Source of the DNA: an uncultured delta proteobacterium
GTDB taxonomy: Bacteria; Desulfobacterota; Binatia; HRBIN30; BPIQ01
DNA length: 64,000 nucleotides
Assembly (NCBI GenBank): GCA_963761335.1
Contig: CAVXGR010000013.1
Span: 160,001-224,000 of the forward strand
Reading direction: 5' to 3'
The notes below the pieces were generated by a model. The model saw only the letters and a list, made by a program, of their open reading frames with translations, had not been told where the DNA came from and made no database searches. The position numbers and the translations under genes are program-made. The first letter of the stretch is position 1; each line of letters starts with the position of its first letter. Shown here piece by piece: positions 23,323 to 34,056 of the stretch.

Positions 23323-26300
23323 ATGACGAGACATAAGGATCCTGCAGTGTCGAGAATTAGACTTTGTTTCGCCGGACTGTTCCTGCTGGCACTCGCCTTC
23401 ACCTTCTATCCACAGGCGGCCCTGGGACAGACGTTCACCCCGACGGAAACGCCGACACTGACACCGACGTCGACGGATACGCCAACGGTCACGCCCACGT
23501 CCACGGATACGCCGACGGTAACGCCGACCTCCACCGACACGCCGACCTCCTACCCCGACGTCCACCGATACGCCGACGGCAACGCCAACCTCCACCGATA
23601 CGCCGACCGTCACCCCGACGTCCACCGACACGCCGACGACAACGCCAACCTCCACCGATACGCCGACAGCGACGCCGACCTCCACCGATACGCCGACCGT
23701 CACCCCGACGTCGACCAATACGCCGACAGTGACGCCGACCTCCACCGACACGCCGACGGTAACGCCGACCTCGACCGATACGCCGACAGCGACGCCGACC
23801 TCCACCGACACGCCGACCGTCACCCCGACGTCGACCAACACGCCGACAGTGACGCCGACGTACACGGATACGCCGACGGCGACGCCGACCTCCACCGACA
23901 CGCCGACCGCCACCCCGACGTCGACCAATACGCCGACGTGACCCCGACCTCGACGGACACGCCGACGGCCACACCCACTCAGACCCCGACCTCGACGGCG
24001 ACGCTACCAACACGCCGACGCAGACGCCCACCAACACCCCGACGCAGACGCCGACGAACACGCCTCAGATCGTTCACATCGACGTGGGTACCGGGACCGG
24101 CATCGCCAACAGCACCGTCGACATCACCACCACCCTCGCCACCTCGGGCCTGTCAGTCGCGGGCACTGGCAACGACATCACCTATGACAGCACCGCACTG
24201 AGCCTGAATCCCGCGGTGAACTGCTCCCTGAACCCATCCCTCACCAAGACCTTCACGGCGAGCGTGGTCGGCTCCACCGCAACCACGACGACGGTGCGCA
24301 TCTTCGTCCAGGGACCGCCCAATACGGCGATACCCGACGGACCGCTTTACACCTGTCAGTTCAGCATTCTGGCCGGCACTCTGCCGGGAACCTACCCACT
24401 GCAGAACTCCAACAAGCTGGCCCAGGATCCAAACGGATTCAGCCTGTCGCCGGTGGTCGGCAACGACGGTGCGGTGAACGTGTCCCTCATCGCGCAGACG
24501 CCCACCCCGACACGCACGCCGACGGTGACGCTGACGCCGACGATCACACCGACCTCGACGCCGACGAGGACGGCAACCAGTACGCCCACGTCGACCTCGA
24601 CGCCGACGCAGACGCCCACACAGACGGCGACCTTCACCAGCACACCGACCCAGACGCCGACGTCTACTCCGACCAGCACCGACACACCGACCCAGACGCC
24701 GACACAGACCCCGACCTCCACCAGCACCCCGACGTCGACACCGACGTCCACTCCGACCTCGACGGAAACGCCGACCGACACGCCGACCGATACGCCCACG
24801 AATACGCCGACGCAGACGCCGACGAGCACCTCAACGCCGACCGATACGCCGACGTCGACGGTGACGCCGACGAGCACCGACACCCCCACTGAGACGGCGA
24901 CGGTCACCGCCACTCCGACCGACACGCCGACAGCGACAGCCACGGACACTCCCACAGCGACCGACACGCCGACAGCGACGATCACCCCGACGGTTACCGA
25001 CACCGCCACGCCGACGGAGACACCCATATCGGTGGTGATCGAGGGAGGATTCGATGTCGGTCTCGCCGGGAGCAGCGTTCAGATCACCACCAGCCTGGAC
25101 AACGCCGGCTTCCTCGTCGCCGGCACCGGCAACGACATTACCTTCGACAACACGGCGCTCACGCTCGACCCGAACAGCTGCACTCTGGCCCCGGGGCTGA
25201 CCAAGGGGCTCTCGGCGAGCATCATCTCCACGACCGCGACGACGACGACTCTGCGGGTCTTCGTCCAGGGACCGCCGATCAACAACGACCCGATCGTCAG
25301 CGGTCCGCTGTACACCTGCACCTTCGGCGTCCTCCCCGGCACGTCTCCCGGCAACTATCCCGCTGGTCATCAGCAACACCGTGGCCGAAGATCCCGACGG
25401 AGCCGTGTTGCCCGCCGTCATCGGCACAGACGGTGCGATCAGTGTCGTGCTGGTGTTGCCGACGGCGACACCGACGCCACTGGCGCCGCACATCCAGATC
25501 GGCACCGACATCACCCTGGCGGGAAGCATTGCGCAGGTCACCACCAGCTTGCAGACCTCGGGCAACGTCGTCGCCGGCACCGGCAATGACATCACCTTCA
25601 ACAGCACGGCGCTGACCCTCAACCCGGCGAACTGCGTGGTGAGCCCGACTCTGACCAAGACCGTCGTCGCCAGCATCGTCGCCTCGACGGCGACGACGCA
25701 GACGGTTCGCGTCTTCGTGCAGGGACCGCCGATCAACAACGCCCCGATTCCCGACGGCCCTCTCTACACCTGCACCTTCAGCGTCCTGCCGGGGACGGTT
25801 CCCGGCAACTACCCATTGCTGAACAGCAACCCGATCGCCCAGGATCAGTTCGGCGGCAACATCGCTCCGGTCACCGGCGGTTCGGGATCGATCACGGTGG
25901 CGCTGGTGCTGCCCACGGCGACGCCGAGCAACACGCCGACGATCACTCCGACCTTTACGCCGACGGACACGCCGACGGTCACGCCCACGGTGACCCCGAC
26001 CTTCACCCCGACGGACACGCCGACGGTGACCCCGACCGCGACTCCGACCAACACGCCGACGTCGACGTCGACCCCGACCGACACGCCGACGAGCACCCCG
26101 ACCTCCACGCCGACGGACACGCCGACGGTGACCCCGACCGCGACTCCGACGTCGACCCCGACCGACACGCCGACGAGCACCCGACCGCGACTCCGACCTC
26201 CACGCCGACGTCGACCCCGACGACGACGCCGACCTATACGCCGACGAGCACACCCACACCGACACCGCCGCCACCAGTGCTCGATATCAGCGCCGTCTCC

Positions 26301-28130
26301 AGTAACGATCCGACGGCGAGCGGCGAGCTGATCACCTTCACCTTCACCTTCAGCAACGCGGGCGGCTTCACCACCGGAGTCCTCGTCGACGCCACCACGC
26401 CGGCGGGGACGACCTTCGTCTCCGCCAATCCGGCTCCGCTGAGCGATCCCGGCGTCGGCGGCACCGGCGCCGTCGAGTGGAGCGTCGCCGACCTCGGCAC
26501 CGCCACGGGCGGCGTGGTGACGATGACCGTCGAGGTCGATTCCCCGCTGCCGGACGGAACCCTGCTGGTGCTGACGGGGTATACCGTCAGCTCCGACCAG
26601 TCGCTGCCGGTGACCGGCCCGGACGTCACTGTCACCGTGCAGGCGGATCAGCCGTTCGCCCTGGTAAAGATCGACGACCCCGACGGCGTCGTTCCCGGCG
26701 GCACCCTGACGTACACGCTGACGGTCTCCAATCGCGATTCTCGCTCGATCGCCGGCCTGGTGCTGCGCGAGCTCTTCGACCCGAACCTGCAGATCGTCTC
26801 CACCTCGCCGGCGGCCGATCTCGGCACCACCGATCGCTGGTCGATGCCCTTCCTGCCAGCCGGTGGCAGCCGCACGGTGACGATCGTCGCCACGGTCAAG
26901 GACACGGTGGTTCCGGGGACGATCCTGCGCAACTTCGCCATCGTCAACGACGAGATTGGCCGCTCCGCCAAGGCCTATGAGGACACGCTCGTCCTCGATG
27001 CGGCGTCGCTGACCATCGACATCGACGATCTCCCGGATCCGGTGCAGCCGGGATCGCAGGTCACCTACACGATCAGCTATGCCAACGTGAGCGATCAGGC
27101 GCTGACCGGGGTCGTCATCCACGCGACGGTCGACCCGCGACTGACTCTCGTCTCCTCGAGCCCGGCCGCCGACGTGGGCAGCGATCTGAGCTGGACAGTC
27201 GGCTCGATGCCGGCGACCAGCACCGGTCTGATCTTCGCCACCTTCGACGTCAACGACTCCCTCGACGATCCCCCGGTGACCGCGGGATCGCTCCTGAAGA
27301 TGCGCGCCTGGATTGACGATGACGCCGGGCACCTGGGGAGCGCTTCCGAGGTCACCTTCACGTCGGACAACTCCGCCCTGCGCCAGTACACCCTCACTCT
27401 CACCGGGGCACCGCGCAATCTGCGCATCGGCGTGGTGACCACCGAGGTCTACCTCATCAACCTGCGCAACATCGGCGCGGTCGATACGACCAACGTGACC
27501 GTCTCCGACGCCCTGCCGCCGGGGCTGCAGTTCAGCCAATCGATACCGTCGCCGAGCAGCAATAGCGGCGGTCTGTTGACCTACCTGTTCCCCTCACTTC
27601 CCGCGGGCAGCACCAAGCAGATTCTGATCAAGGCCGAGCTGCTGCCGACGACCGTGGCGGGCACAGCGCTGACCAACACGGTCACCGTGACCGACGACCA
27701 GGGCAATTTCTCACAGGAGTCGTTCAGTGGCGGCGTGCGCGCCGGCACCGTGGCGACCCCAGGAAAGCTCCAGGTGATCCTCACCACCGTCAAGAAGGTG
27801 GTCGCCGGCAGCAAGCTGAAGTCCACTCTCTCCATCAGCAACGGCGGCCGCACTCCAGCCGAGGATGTCGTGCTCACGCTGGACGCCCCCGCGGACCTGC
27901 AGCTCTTCATCAGCATTCCGAATCCCACGTCCACGCAGACGACCGGCGGCCGCACCCTGCTCACCTGGAACTTCGCCTCCATCCCCGGACCGTCGAACCA
28001 GAAAGTCAGCCTGACGCAGCTGGTACCAGATACCCTGCCCGCCGGTACGATGCTCGATCTGAACGCCGCGGTCGTCGCTGGAGACGGGCGATCGGATCAG
28101 GAGAGCAAGACCGTCGAGGTACGCAACTGA
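23323..28130 (+). CDS. Large secreted Thr/Pro-linker protein with three cohesin-like modules and DUF11-like Ig repeats (~1600 aa; five frameshifts in this sequence)
   Basis: Signal peptide ending AALG/Q; TPT repeats; three homologous VAGTGNDIT(Y/F)...GPLYTC.F...PG.YPL modules; C-terminal DxPDxVxPG...TYT repeats. Frames join at ~23550 (+1), 23938 (-1), 24004 (-1), 25360 (+1) and 26182 (-1), giving 4809 nt. Confidence 0.78.
23431..24065 (+). repeat. Degenerate ~30-nt tandem repeat encoding TPT(V/A)TPTST(D/N) linker
   Basis: Units such as ACGCCGACCGTCACCCCGACGTCCACCGAT repeated many times. Similar tracts at 24497-25025 and 25912-26276. Confidence 0.9.
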
Positions 28131-28176
28131 TGTCGCGGGCGAAGTGGCCGTCGGCGGCCACTTCGCCCCTCCTCTC

Positions 28177-28974
28177 GTGATCCCGCGGGCGCTCACCATT
28201 GCCGGTTCCGACAGCGGAGGCGGCGCCGGCATTCAGGCCGATCTGAAGACGTTCACCGTCTTCCGCGTCTTCGGGACCAGCGCCATTACGGCGCTGACGG
28301 CGCAGAGCACGGTCGGCGTCGCCGGCATCCACGTGGTGCCGCCGGAGTTCGTACGCCAGCAGATCGACGCCGTCCTCGGCGACATCGGCACCGACGCCGC
28401 AAAGACGGGAATGCTGGCTACCGCGGCAATCGTCCTCGAGGTGGCGCGGGCCGTGCGCGACTACCGCCTCGAGAAGCTCGTCGTCGATCCGGTGATGGCC
28501 GCCGAGAGCGGCGCCGCTCTTCTCGAGGCAGAGGCGCGCGACGCCCTGATGCGAGAGCTGGTGCCGCGGGCGGCGCTACTGACGCCAAACCGCGCCGAAG
28601 CCAGCGCCCTCGTCGGGGCACCGGTCGACAGCGTCGAGGACGCCCGCCGCGCCGCTCGGCTGCTGGTGCAGCGCGGCGCCCGGGCGGTCCTCGTCAAGGG
28701 CGGCCATCTCGGCTCGGGGGACGCGGTCGACGTTCTCGACGACGGGCAGCAGGTTCACGAGCTGCGCGCTCCGCGGCAGCCGGTCCGGCACACCCACGGA
28801 ACCGGCTGTCAGCTGTCCGCTGCCATCGCCGCCGGCCTCGCCCGCGGCGAGCCGCTGCTGGCAGCGGTGCACACCGCCAAGCAGTTCATCGACATCGCCA
28901 TCCGTCACGGATTGGCGCTGGGGGCCGGACACGGGCCCGCCAATCCTCTGGCCTGGCTCGACCGCGGGGACTGA
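28177..28974 (+). CDS. thiD: Hydroxymethylpyrimidine/phosphomethylpyrimidine kinase
   Basis: ALTIAGSDSGGGAGIQADLKT, KTGML, VDPVM, KGGH, THGTGC. Alternative GTG start at 28144. Confidence 0.96.
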   Translation: MIPRALTIAGSDSGGGAGIQADLKTFTVFRVFGTSAITALTAQSTVGVAGIHVVPPEFVRQQIDAVLGDIGTDAAKTGMLATAAIVLEVARAVRDYRLEKLVVDPVMAAESGAALLEAEARDALMRELVPRAALLTPNRAEASALVGAPVDSVEDARRAARLLVQRGARAVLVKGGHLGSGDAVDVLDDGQQVHELRAPRQPVRHTHGTGCQLSAAIAAGLARGEPLLAAVHTAKQFIDIAIRHGLALGAGHGPANPLAWLDRGD

Positions 28975-28994
28975 GCGCCGCGACGCCGGCGCCC

Positions 28995-29444
28995 TCACTT
29001 CGCCGGCTTCGCCTCCAGCATCTTCTGCAGCTCCGGCATGTGCTCCTGCACCCGCTGGGCGCCAATCTGGGCCGCCTTGCCGAGGAGATCCGGCATCTTA
29101 TCGGTGATCTTCCGGCCGACCGGGCTGCGGTAAAACGCGGCGATCTGCTTGAGCTCGGCCTCGGAGAACTCCGCCGTGTACAGCGACACCACCTCGTCGC
29201 GAAGGCTGTCGAAGCTCATATAGTCGTCGAAGAACTTGTGCAGAACCTGCTTCTTCGCCTGCAGTGCCGGGTTTTGCTGTAGCTGAACCTCGACCAGCTG
29301 ATCGATCGACATCGAGAACATCTGCTTCACCTTCATGGCATCGAGTGCGTCGACCGCGGCTTGGCGATGGCTGCTCTCGCTGGCGAGTGCCGCCGTGCCG
29401 AGGCTCAACAGTGCCAGGGCGATGAACCATTTGAACGACTTCAT
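28995..29444 (-). CDS. Secreted DUF2059-like protein
   Basis: Signal peptide; Y...FSEAELKQIAAFYRSPVGRK motif. Confidence 0.85.
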   Translation of the reverse strand: MKSFKWFIALALLSLGTAALASESSHRQAAVDALDAMKVKQMFSMSIDQLVEVQLQQNPALQAKKQVLHKFFDDYMSFDSLRDEVVSLYTAEFSEAELKQIAAFYRSPVGRKITDKMPDLLGKAAQIGAQRVQEHMPELQKMLEAKPAK

Positions 29445-29449
29445 GCTTT

Positions 29450-30193
29450 CTACTCCTCAGAAGAGTCTGCCCCGGGGCGCAGCTTGGCAAAGAATCTCTC
29501 GATGCGGGCCGCATTGGCACCGATGTCGCCCTTGCCGTCGCGCGACTTGGAGCGCATCTGCACGACGCTGCCCTGCTCGGCGGGAATCACGGTGATGACG
29601 AAGTCGTCGACGAAGCGGAAGACGCGCGTCGTCTCGGTGCCCTCCAAGGTTCGGTTTTGTTGATCGTCACGCGTGATCTTCCATCCGGGCATTCCACGCG
29701 CCACGGTTTCCACTTGGCCGAAAGCGGCATCGGCGGCCTGTGGCAGCACCAGGGGGTGCAGGCGCGGATAGCCGGACCGCTGCTGCTGCGCCATCGCCTC
29801 GCCAGCGTAGCTCATGTCGCGGCCGCGGTTGGCAGCGATCTGGTTCGCGGCCACGAACTCGGGAGGGTGCTGGGTGTCGGTACTGATGTCGTTGATGGGG
29901 GGATATTTGCCCGCTGGTACGGCGATGACAAGGAACACGGCGGCGATCACCAGAGCCGGCACCAGCGCCCGCAGCGCCGAGGCGCGGCTCTCTCCGCCGG
30001 CGCGGAAGACTGCCACGACTCCGAGAACCAGGGCGATGATGCCGAGAAATCCGCCGAGGGCGAAGAGCAGGAAGCCAATGTACGGTCGCACGATGCCAAA
30101 GTGGGCAAGGAGGGGGCCAAGAACGAACACCGCGACGCCGGCGGACACCAAGCGCCACGTCCACCGCACCGAACCTGGAAGCATTTCAGCCAT
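29450..30193 (-). CDS. DUF1499-like membrane protein
   Basis: Three TM segments; PPINDISTD, FRFVDD, RSKSRDGKGDIGANAARI. Confidence 0.88.
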   Translation of the reverse strand: MAEMLPGSVRWTWRLVSAGVAVFVLGPLLAHFGIVRPYIGFLLFALGGFLGIIALVLGVVAVFRAGGESRASALRALVPALVIAAVFLVIAVPAGKYPPINDISTDTQHPPEFVAANQIAANRGRDMSYAGEAMAQQQRSGYPRLHPLVLPQAADAAFGQVETVARGMPGWKITRDDQQNRTLEGTETTRVFRFVDDFVITVIPAEQGSVVQMRSKSRDGKGDIGANAARIERFFAKLRPGADSSEE

Positions 30194-30328
30194 CGGTCAT
30201 CCTCTGCTCGATGCACGGTATGGATCGGCCGTGCGGCGGTACCTGCTCACACCCGCGGGTGCGAGTCAACGCCGGTTGTCCCTCGCGGGACCGGCAAGTA
30301 TTGTCGCGGCGGCGAGGAGGACACTGCC

Positions 30329-30859
30329 ATGACCCGCGACGAGAAACTCCGCCTGGCTGCGAGCCTGGCACGCCTCGCTGCCCTGGCGCTCCTGCCCCTC
30401 GTCCTCGCCGCTTGCAGCAGCCGGCGGCCGGCGATCGACTGGCGCCAGGCGGCGCAATGCCGCGGCCAGATCTGCACTCTGCGCGGCACCGTCTCCGCCG
30501 CCGAGAAGAGCGGCAACGTCGTACGTCTCTACTTCGACCCGGCAGAGCGCGACATCAGCGTCGCCCTGGTGCGCGGCTGGCTGAGCCATTTCCCCGAGTC
30601 GCCGGAACGCTATTACGTCGGACGAGAGATCGTCGCCACCGGCAAGGTGCGGGGCTTCCATCAGCAGACGGAGCTGGTGGCGCGTGACGCCGACGACATC
30701 GAGGTGGTCGCTCCGCCGACCAGCGCACCGCTGGCGACTTCGACACCGCCGGCGGCGCCGCGGTCGGGCTACACGCCGTCCACACCGGCCGAGATCGAGG
30801 AGTTGCGCCAGCGCGTCCGCGACCTCGAACGGCGCCTGCATCAGCTCGAAGCGAAGTAG
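30329..30859 (+). CDS. Hypothetical lipoprotein (OB-fold-like core, C-terminal coiled coil)
   Basis: SD GAGGAGGA, lipobox LAAC, PERYYVGREIVATGKV segment. Confidence 0.7.
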   Translation: MTRDEKLRLAASLARLAALALLPLVLAACSSRRPAIDWRQAAQCRGQICTLRGTVSAAEKSGNVVRLYFDPAERDISVALVRGWLSHFPESPERYYVGREIVATGKVRGFHQQTELVARDADDIEVVAPPTSAPLATSTPPAAPRSGYTPSTPAEIEELRQRVRDLERRLHQLEAK

Positions 30860-30921
30860 CCCGCCTCCCTGGCGGGGCGAGCAACGCTCCGGGAGCGGCG
30901 CGACGGCGCCGCAACAATCCT

Positions 30922-30953
30922 GGAGGGGCAAGGGCGGCTGCCCCTGCCCCTCC
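30922..30953. terminator. Stem-loop between convergent lipoprotein and atpE genes
   Basis: GGAGGGGCAAGGGC-GGCT-GCCCCTGCCCCTCC inverted repeat; the U-tract is weak. Confidence 0.55.
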
Positions 30954-30959
30954 GCTGAA

Positions 30960-31289
30960 TCAGACCTTCCCTTGCAGGAAGAACGCGATGACGAGTGCGT
31001 AGATGGCCAGAGCTTCGATGAACGCAATACCGATGATCATCGGCGTCTGGATGCGATCAGCCGCATTGGGATTGCGACCGATCGACTCCATCGCTGCGGC
31101 CACCGCACGTCCCTGGCCGAGCGCGGCACCAAAGGCCGCAATTGCGATACCCAGCCCGGCCGCCAGCGCGATGATGCCGCTGGCACCGCCGTACGCGGTG
31201 GCGCCAGCCGCCTCCTGAGCGAGAGCCGCACTGCTGCCCAACGCCAGGAGAACCGCGCTGACAACGGTTGTCAGAGTTGCTTTCCGCAT
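30960..31289 (-). CDS. atpE: ATP synthase F0 subunit c, with N-terminal extension
   Basis: GAALGQG, IGRNP, FIEALAIYAL; SD AAGGAGG. Confidence 0.95.
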   Translation of the reverse strand: MRKATLTTVVSAVLLALGSSAALAQEAAGATAYGGASGIIALAAGLGIAIAAFGAALGQGRAVAAAMESIGRNPNAADRIQTPMIIGIAFIEALAIYALVIAFFLQGKV

Positions 31290-31413
31290 CGTTCCACCCT
31301 CCTTTCTGTCGTAGTGAAACGCCCGAGCCACGCCTCTCTCATCATCCTCGCCACTCCCCGGCTCCGCAGCGTCTCCGAAAAAACGAATATCTGCCAAAAT
31401 CGAATGTCGTGCT

Positions 31414-32112
31414 CTAGTGGTGCTCGTGCGGCAGAGCCAGTGAGACGTAGATGACGCTCAACAGAGTGAACACGAACGCCTGCACCAGCGAAACGAAGGC
31501 GCCCAGCACGTAGAAGACGACCGGAATCACCAGCTTGGTGAGGTCGGTGAAGATCTCCAGCACCAGATGGTCGCCGGTCATATTGCCGAAGAGACGCAGG
31601 GCCAGCGATACCGGCCTCACCAGGTTGTCGATCAGCTCGAGCGGCACCATCAGAAAGCCGAGCCACCAGATGGGGCCGACGAAGTGCTTGATGTAATCGG
31701 TACCGCCTTCGCGAATGCCGTAATAGTTGTACATCACGAACGAGCACGCCCCGAGGCCGAAGGTGACGTTGAAGTTGCTCGTCGGCGGCCCGAACCCGGG
31801 CACCAGGCCGATCAGATTGGCCGCCAGGATGAAGATGAAGAAGGAGCCGAAGAGCGGCACGAACTGCCGGCCGCGGTGACCGATGACCCCTTCCACCAGA
31901 TGAGCCATCTGCTCGACCAGCATCTCCATGCTGTTGCGCAGCGTGAGCGAGCGGTCCGGGATCACCGGATCGGTGGCCGCCTGCAGCTGCCGATTCGCCA
32001 GCCAGGCGAACACCAGGAGCAGAACGGCGACCAGCGCTGCCGTCGCCGTGTAGTCCGGAACGGGATGCGGCACCCCGGGAATCAGCGACATCCACGAGAA
32101 CCCATGCTCCAC
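31414..32112 (-). CDS. atpB: ATP synthase F0 subunit a
   Basis: NLIGLVPG, RPVSLALRLFGNM, QAFVFTLL; GTG start after AAGGAG. Confidence 0.97.
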   Translation of the reverse strand: MEHGFSWMSLIPGVPHPVPDYTATAALVAVLLLVFAWLANRQLQAATDPVIPDRSLTLRNSMEMLVEQMAHLVEGVIGHRGRQFVPLFGSFFIFILAANLIGLVPGFGPPTSNFNVTFGLGACSFVMYNYYGIREGGTDYIKHFVGPIWWLGFLMVPLELIDNLVRPVSLALRLFGNMTGDHLVLEIFTDLTKLVIPVVFYVLGAFVSLVQAFVFTLLSVIYVSLALPHEHH

Positions 32113-32113
32113 T

Positions 32114-32497
32114 TCACTGCTCTCCTTGATTCGAGAATGACGCCCGGACCGCCTCAACCACCGCCGCCACCAGAAACAGAGTGATTCCGAGCGCGAAGCT
32201 CATACCGTCTAGCGAAACGCGCCAAAATAGCAAGCCCAGCAGGCCGAGCAGCAGCGCGAACTTGAGCAGCAGCAGGATCATCGCCGTGCCGACTCCCTGG
32301 GGGCCCTCGGCCCGCAGCAGCCGGCGGACGATCCCCTTCATGAGCCATACGTTGAGGCCCATCACCGCCCCCCCGGCGAGCACGCTGCCGGGCTTGGGCC
32401 AGGGGAGCAACACGGCCGCCAGCACGGCTGATCCGAGCAGGGCCAGGTGAAGCCTCTCGACGTCCTCGAGCCGGAACGAGCGCGGCGCAGATCCCAT
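32114..32497 (-). CDS. atpI: ATP synthase accessory protein I
   Basis: Small 4-TM protein immediately upstream of atpB. Confidence 0.75.
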   Translation of the reverse strand: MGSAPRSFRLEDVERLHLALLGSAVLAAVLLPWPKPGSVLAGGAVMGLNVWLMKGIVRRLLRAEGPQGVGTAMILLLLKFALLLGLLGLLFWRVSLDGMSFALGITLFLVAAVVEAVRASFSNQGEQ

Positions 32498-32540
32498 GCG
32501 TGGCCAGACCGCGGCGATCTCTACGCGGCCGGACGGAGCC

Positions 32541-32762
32541 TCACTGGTAGCGGCGCAGCATCCATATCATCCGATACAGTGCCCCGCCCAAGGCTCCGAG
32601 GGTCAACAGCAGGGTGAACAGCGGCGCCGTCCCCAGCCAGCCGTCGAGGTAATACCCGAGGATCACGCCGGCGACGATGGTGAAGCCGAACTCCAGGCCG
32701 ACGGCCGTGAAGCGGCCGCCTCTTACCCATGCGTCCTCGCGGTCGTTCGACGGCTCGGGCAC
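32541..32762 (-). CDS. AtpZ/AtpI-family small membrane protein
   Basis: VGLEFG...G..LGYYLDGWLGTAP motif, two TM helices. Confidence 0.85.
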   Translation of the reverse strand: MPEPSNDREDAWVRGGRFTAVGLEFGFTIVAGVILGYYLDGWLGTAPLFTLLLTLGALGGALYRMIWMLRRYQ

Positions 32763-32769
32763 GCCCGCC

Positions 32770-34056
32770 TCAGCTCACCTCCGCCAGGGTTTCCGCGGCC
32801 GCCCTGGCGGTGATCCGAATCTGGTCCTCCGAGTGCGCCAGGGAAACGAAGGCCGCCTCGAACTGCGCCGGGGGAAAATAGATTCCCCGCTCGATCATCC
32901 CCCGGAAGAAGCGGCCATACGCCGCGGTGTCGCAACCCGAGGCGTCGCCGACGTCGCGCACCTCGTCGACTCCGAAGAAGAGCGTCAGCATGGACCCGCA
33001 GCGGTTGATACAGGCCCGCCGGCGGCTGCGGGAGACGGCCTCACGCAGGCCATCCTCCAGCATTGCGCCGAGCTCCTCCAGCCGCTCGTAGGTGCCGGCT
33101 CTTTCGAGCAGCTCCAGAGTGGCGATTCCCGCGGCCACGGAGAGAGGGTTCCCGGAGAGCGTCCCTGCCTGGTAGACGGGCCCGACAGGCGCCAGCTGCT
33201 CCATAATCTCGCGGCGCCCGCCGAAGGCACCCACGGGAAGGCCGCCGCCGATGATCTTTCCGAGACACGTCAGGTCGGGTCGCAAGCCGAAGCGCGTCTG
33301 CGCGCCGCCATAGGCGAGCCGAAAGCCGGTGATCACCTCGTCGAACAGAACCAGGGCACCGCGGGCATGGGCGCGCTCGATCAGCCCTTCGAGGAAGCCG
33401 GGGGCGGGCGGCACCACTCCCATGTTGCCGGCAACCGGCTCGACGATCACCAGCGCCAGGTCGGCACCGGCCGCCGCCATCGCGGCATCGACGCTGTCGA
33501 GATCGTTGTACTGCGCCAGCAGCGTCTCGGCGGCAACCGCCGGCGGCACCCCCGGGCTGTCCGGAACCCCGAAGGTCATGGCCCCAGACCCGGCACGCAC
33601 CAGCAACGAGTCGCTGTGTCCGTGATAGCACCCGGCGAACTTGACGATCTTGTTCCGCCCCGTGAAAGCGCGCGACAGACGGATGGCGCTCATGGCCGCC
33701 TCGGTTCCGGAGCTCACCAGGCGGACCTGCTCGATGGAGGGGAAGGCGGCGACGATGCGCCGCGCCAGCTCGACCTCTGCCGCCGTCGGCGCCCCGAAGC
33801 TGGTGCCGTCGCGCAGCGCATCCTGCACCGCCCGCAGCACCGTCGCGTGCGCATGCCCGAGGATCATCGGTCCCCACGAGCCGATGTAGTCGACATAGGC
33901 GCGGCCGTCCGTGTCGATCATCTCGGCGCCACGCGCCCGCTGGATGAACAGGGGCTCGCCCCCGACCGCCTTCCAGGCGCGCACCGGGCTGTTCACGCCG
34001 CCCGGGATCACTTTCTGTGCCTCGGCGAAAAGCTTCCGCGAGATGTGGCCGGCCAT
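32770..34056 (-). CDS. hemL: Glutamate-1-semialdehyde 2,1-aminomutase
   Basis: [47 protein letters not shown]. Confidence 0.98.
   Translation of the reverse strand: MAGHISRKLFAEAQKVIPGGVNSPVRAWKAVGGEPLFIQRARGAEMIDTDGRAYVDYIGSWGPMILGHAHATVLRAVQDALRDGTSFGAPTAAEVELARRIVAAFPSIEQVRLVSSGTEAAMSAIRLSRAFTGRNKIVKFAGCYHGHSDSLLVRAGSGAMTFGVPDSPGVPPAVAAETLLAQYNDLDSVDAAMAAAGADLALVIVEPVAGNMGVVPPAPGFLEGLIERAHARGALVLFDEVITGFRLAYGGAQTRFGLRPDLTCLGKIIGGGLPVGAFGGRREIMEQLAPVGPVYQAGTLSGNPLSVAAGIATLELLERAGTYERLEELGAMLEDGLREAVSRSRRRACINRCGSMLTLFFGVDEVRDVGDASGCDTAAYGRFFRGMIERGIYFPPAQFEAAFVSLAHSEDQIRITARAAAETLAEVS

Noticed and set aside
23311..25027. Val-Gly-rich minus-strand ORFs (VGVAVGVSV...)
   Set aside because: They are the reverse complement of the Thr-Pro repeats.
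23431..26276. Periodic ~30-nt repeats as a possible CRISPR array or non-coding satellite
   Set aside because: There are no unique spacers and no cas genes. Variation is mostly at synonymous positions and the repeats encode Thr-Pro linkers.
30960..34056. Split ATP synthase operon with hemL upstream of the F0 genes
   Set aside because: A separate atpI/B/E unit is a known arrangement in deltaproteobacterial lineages and is not novel.
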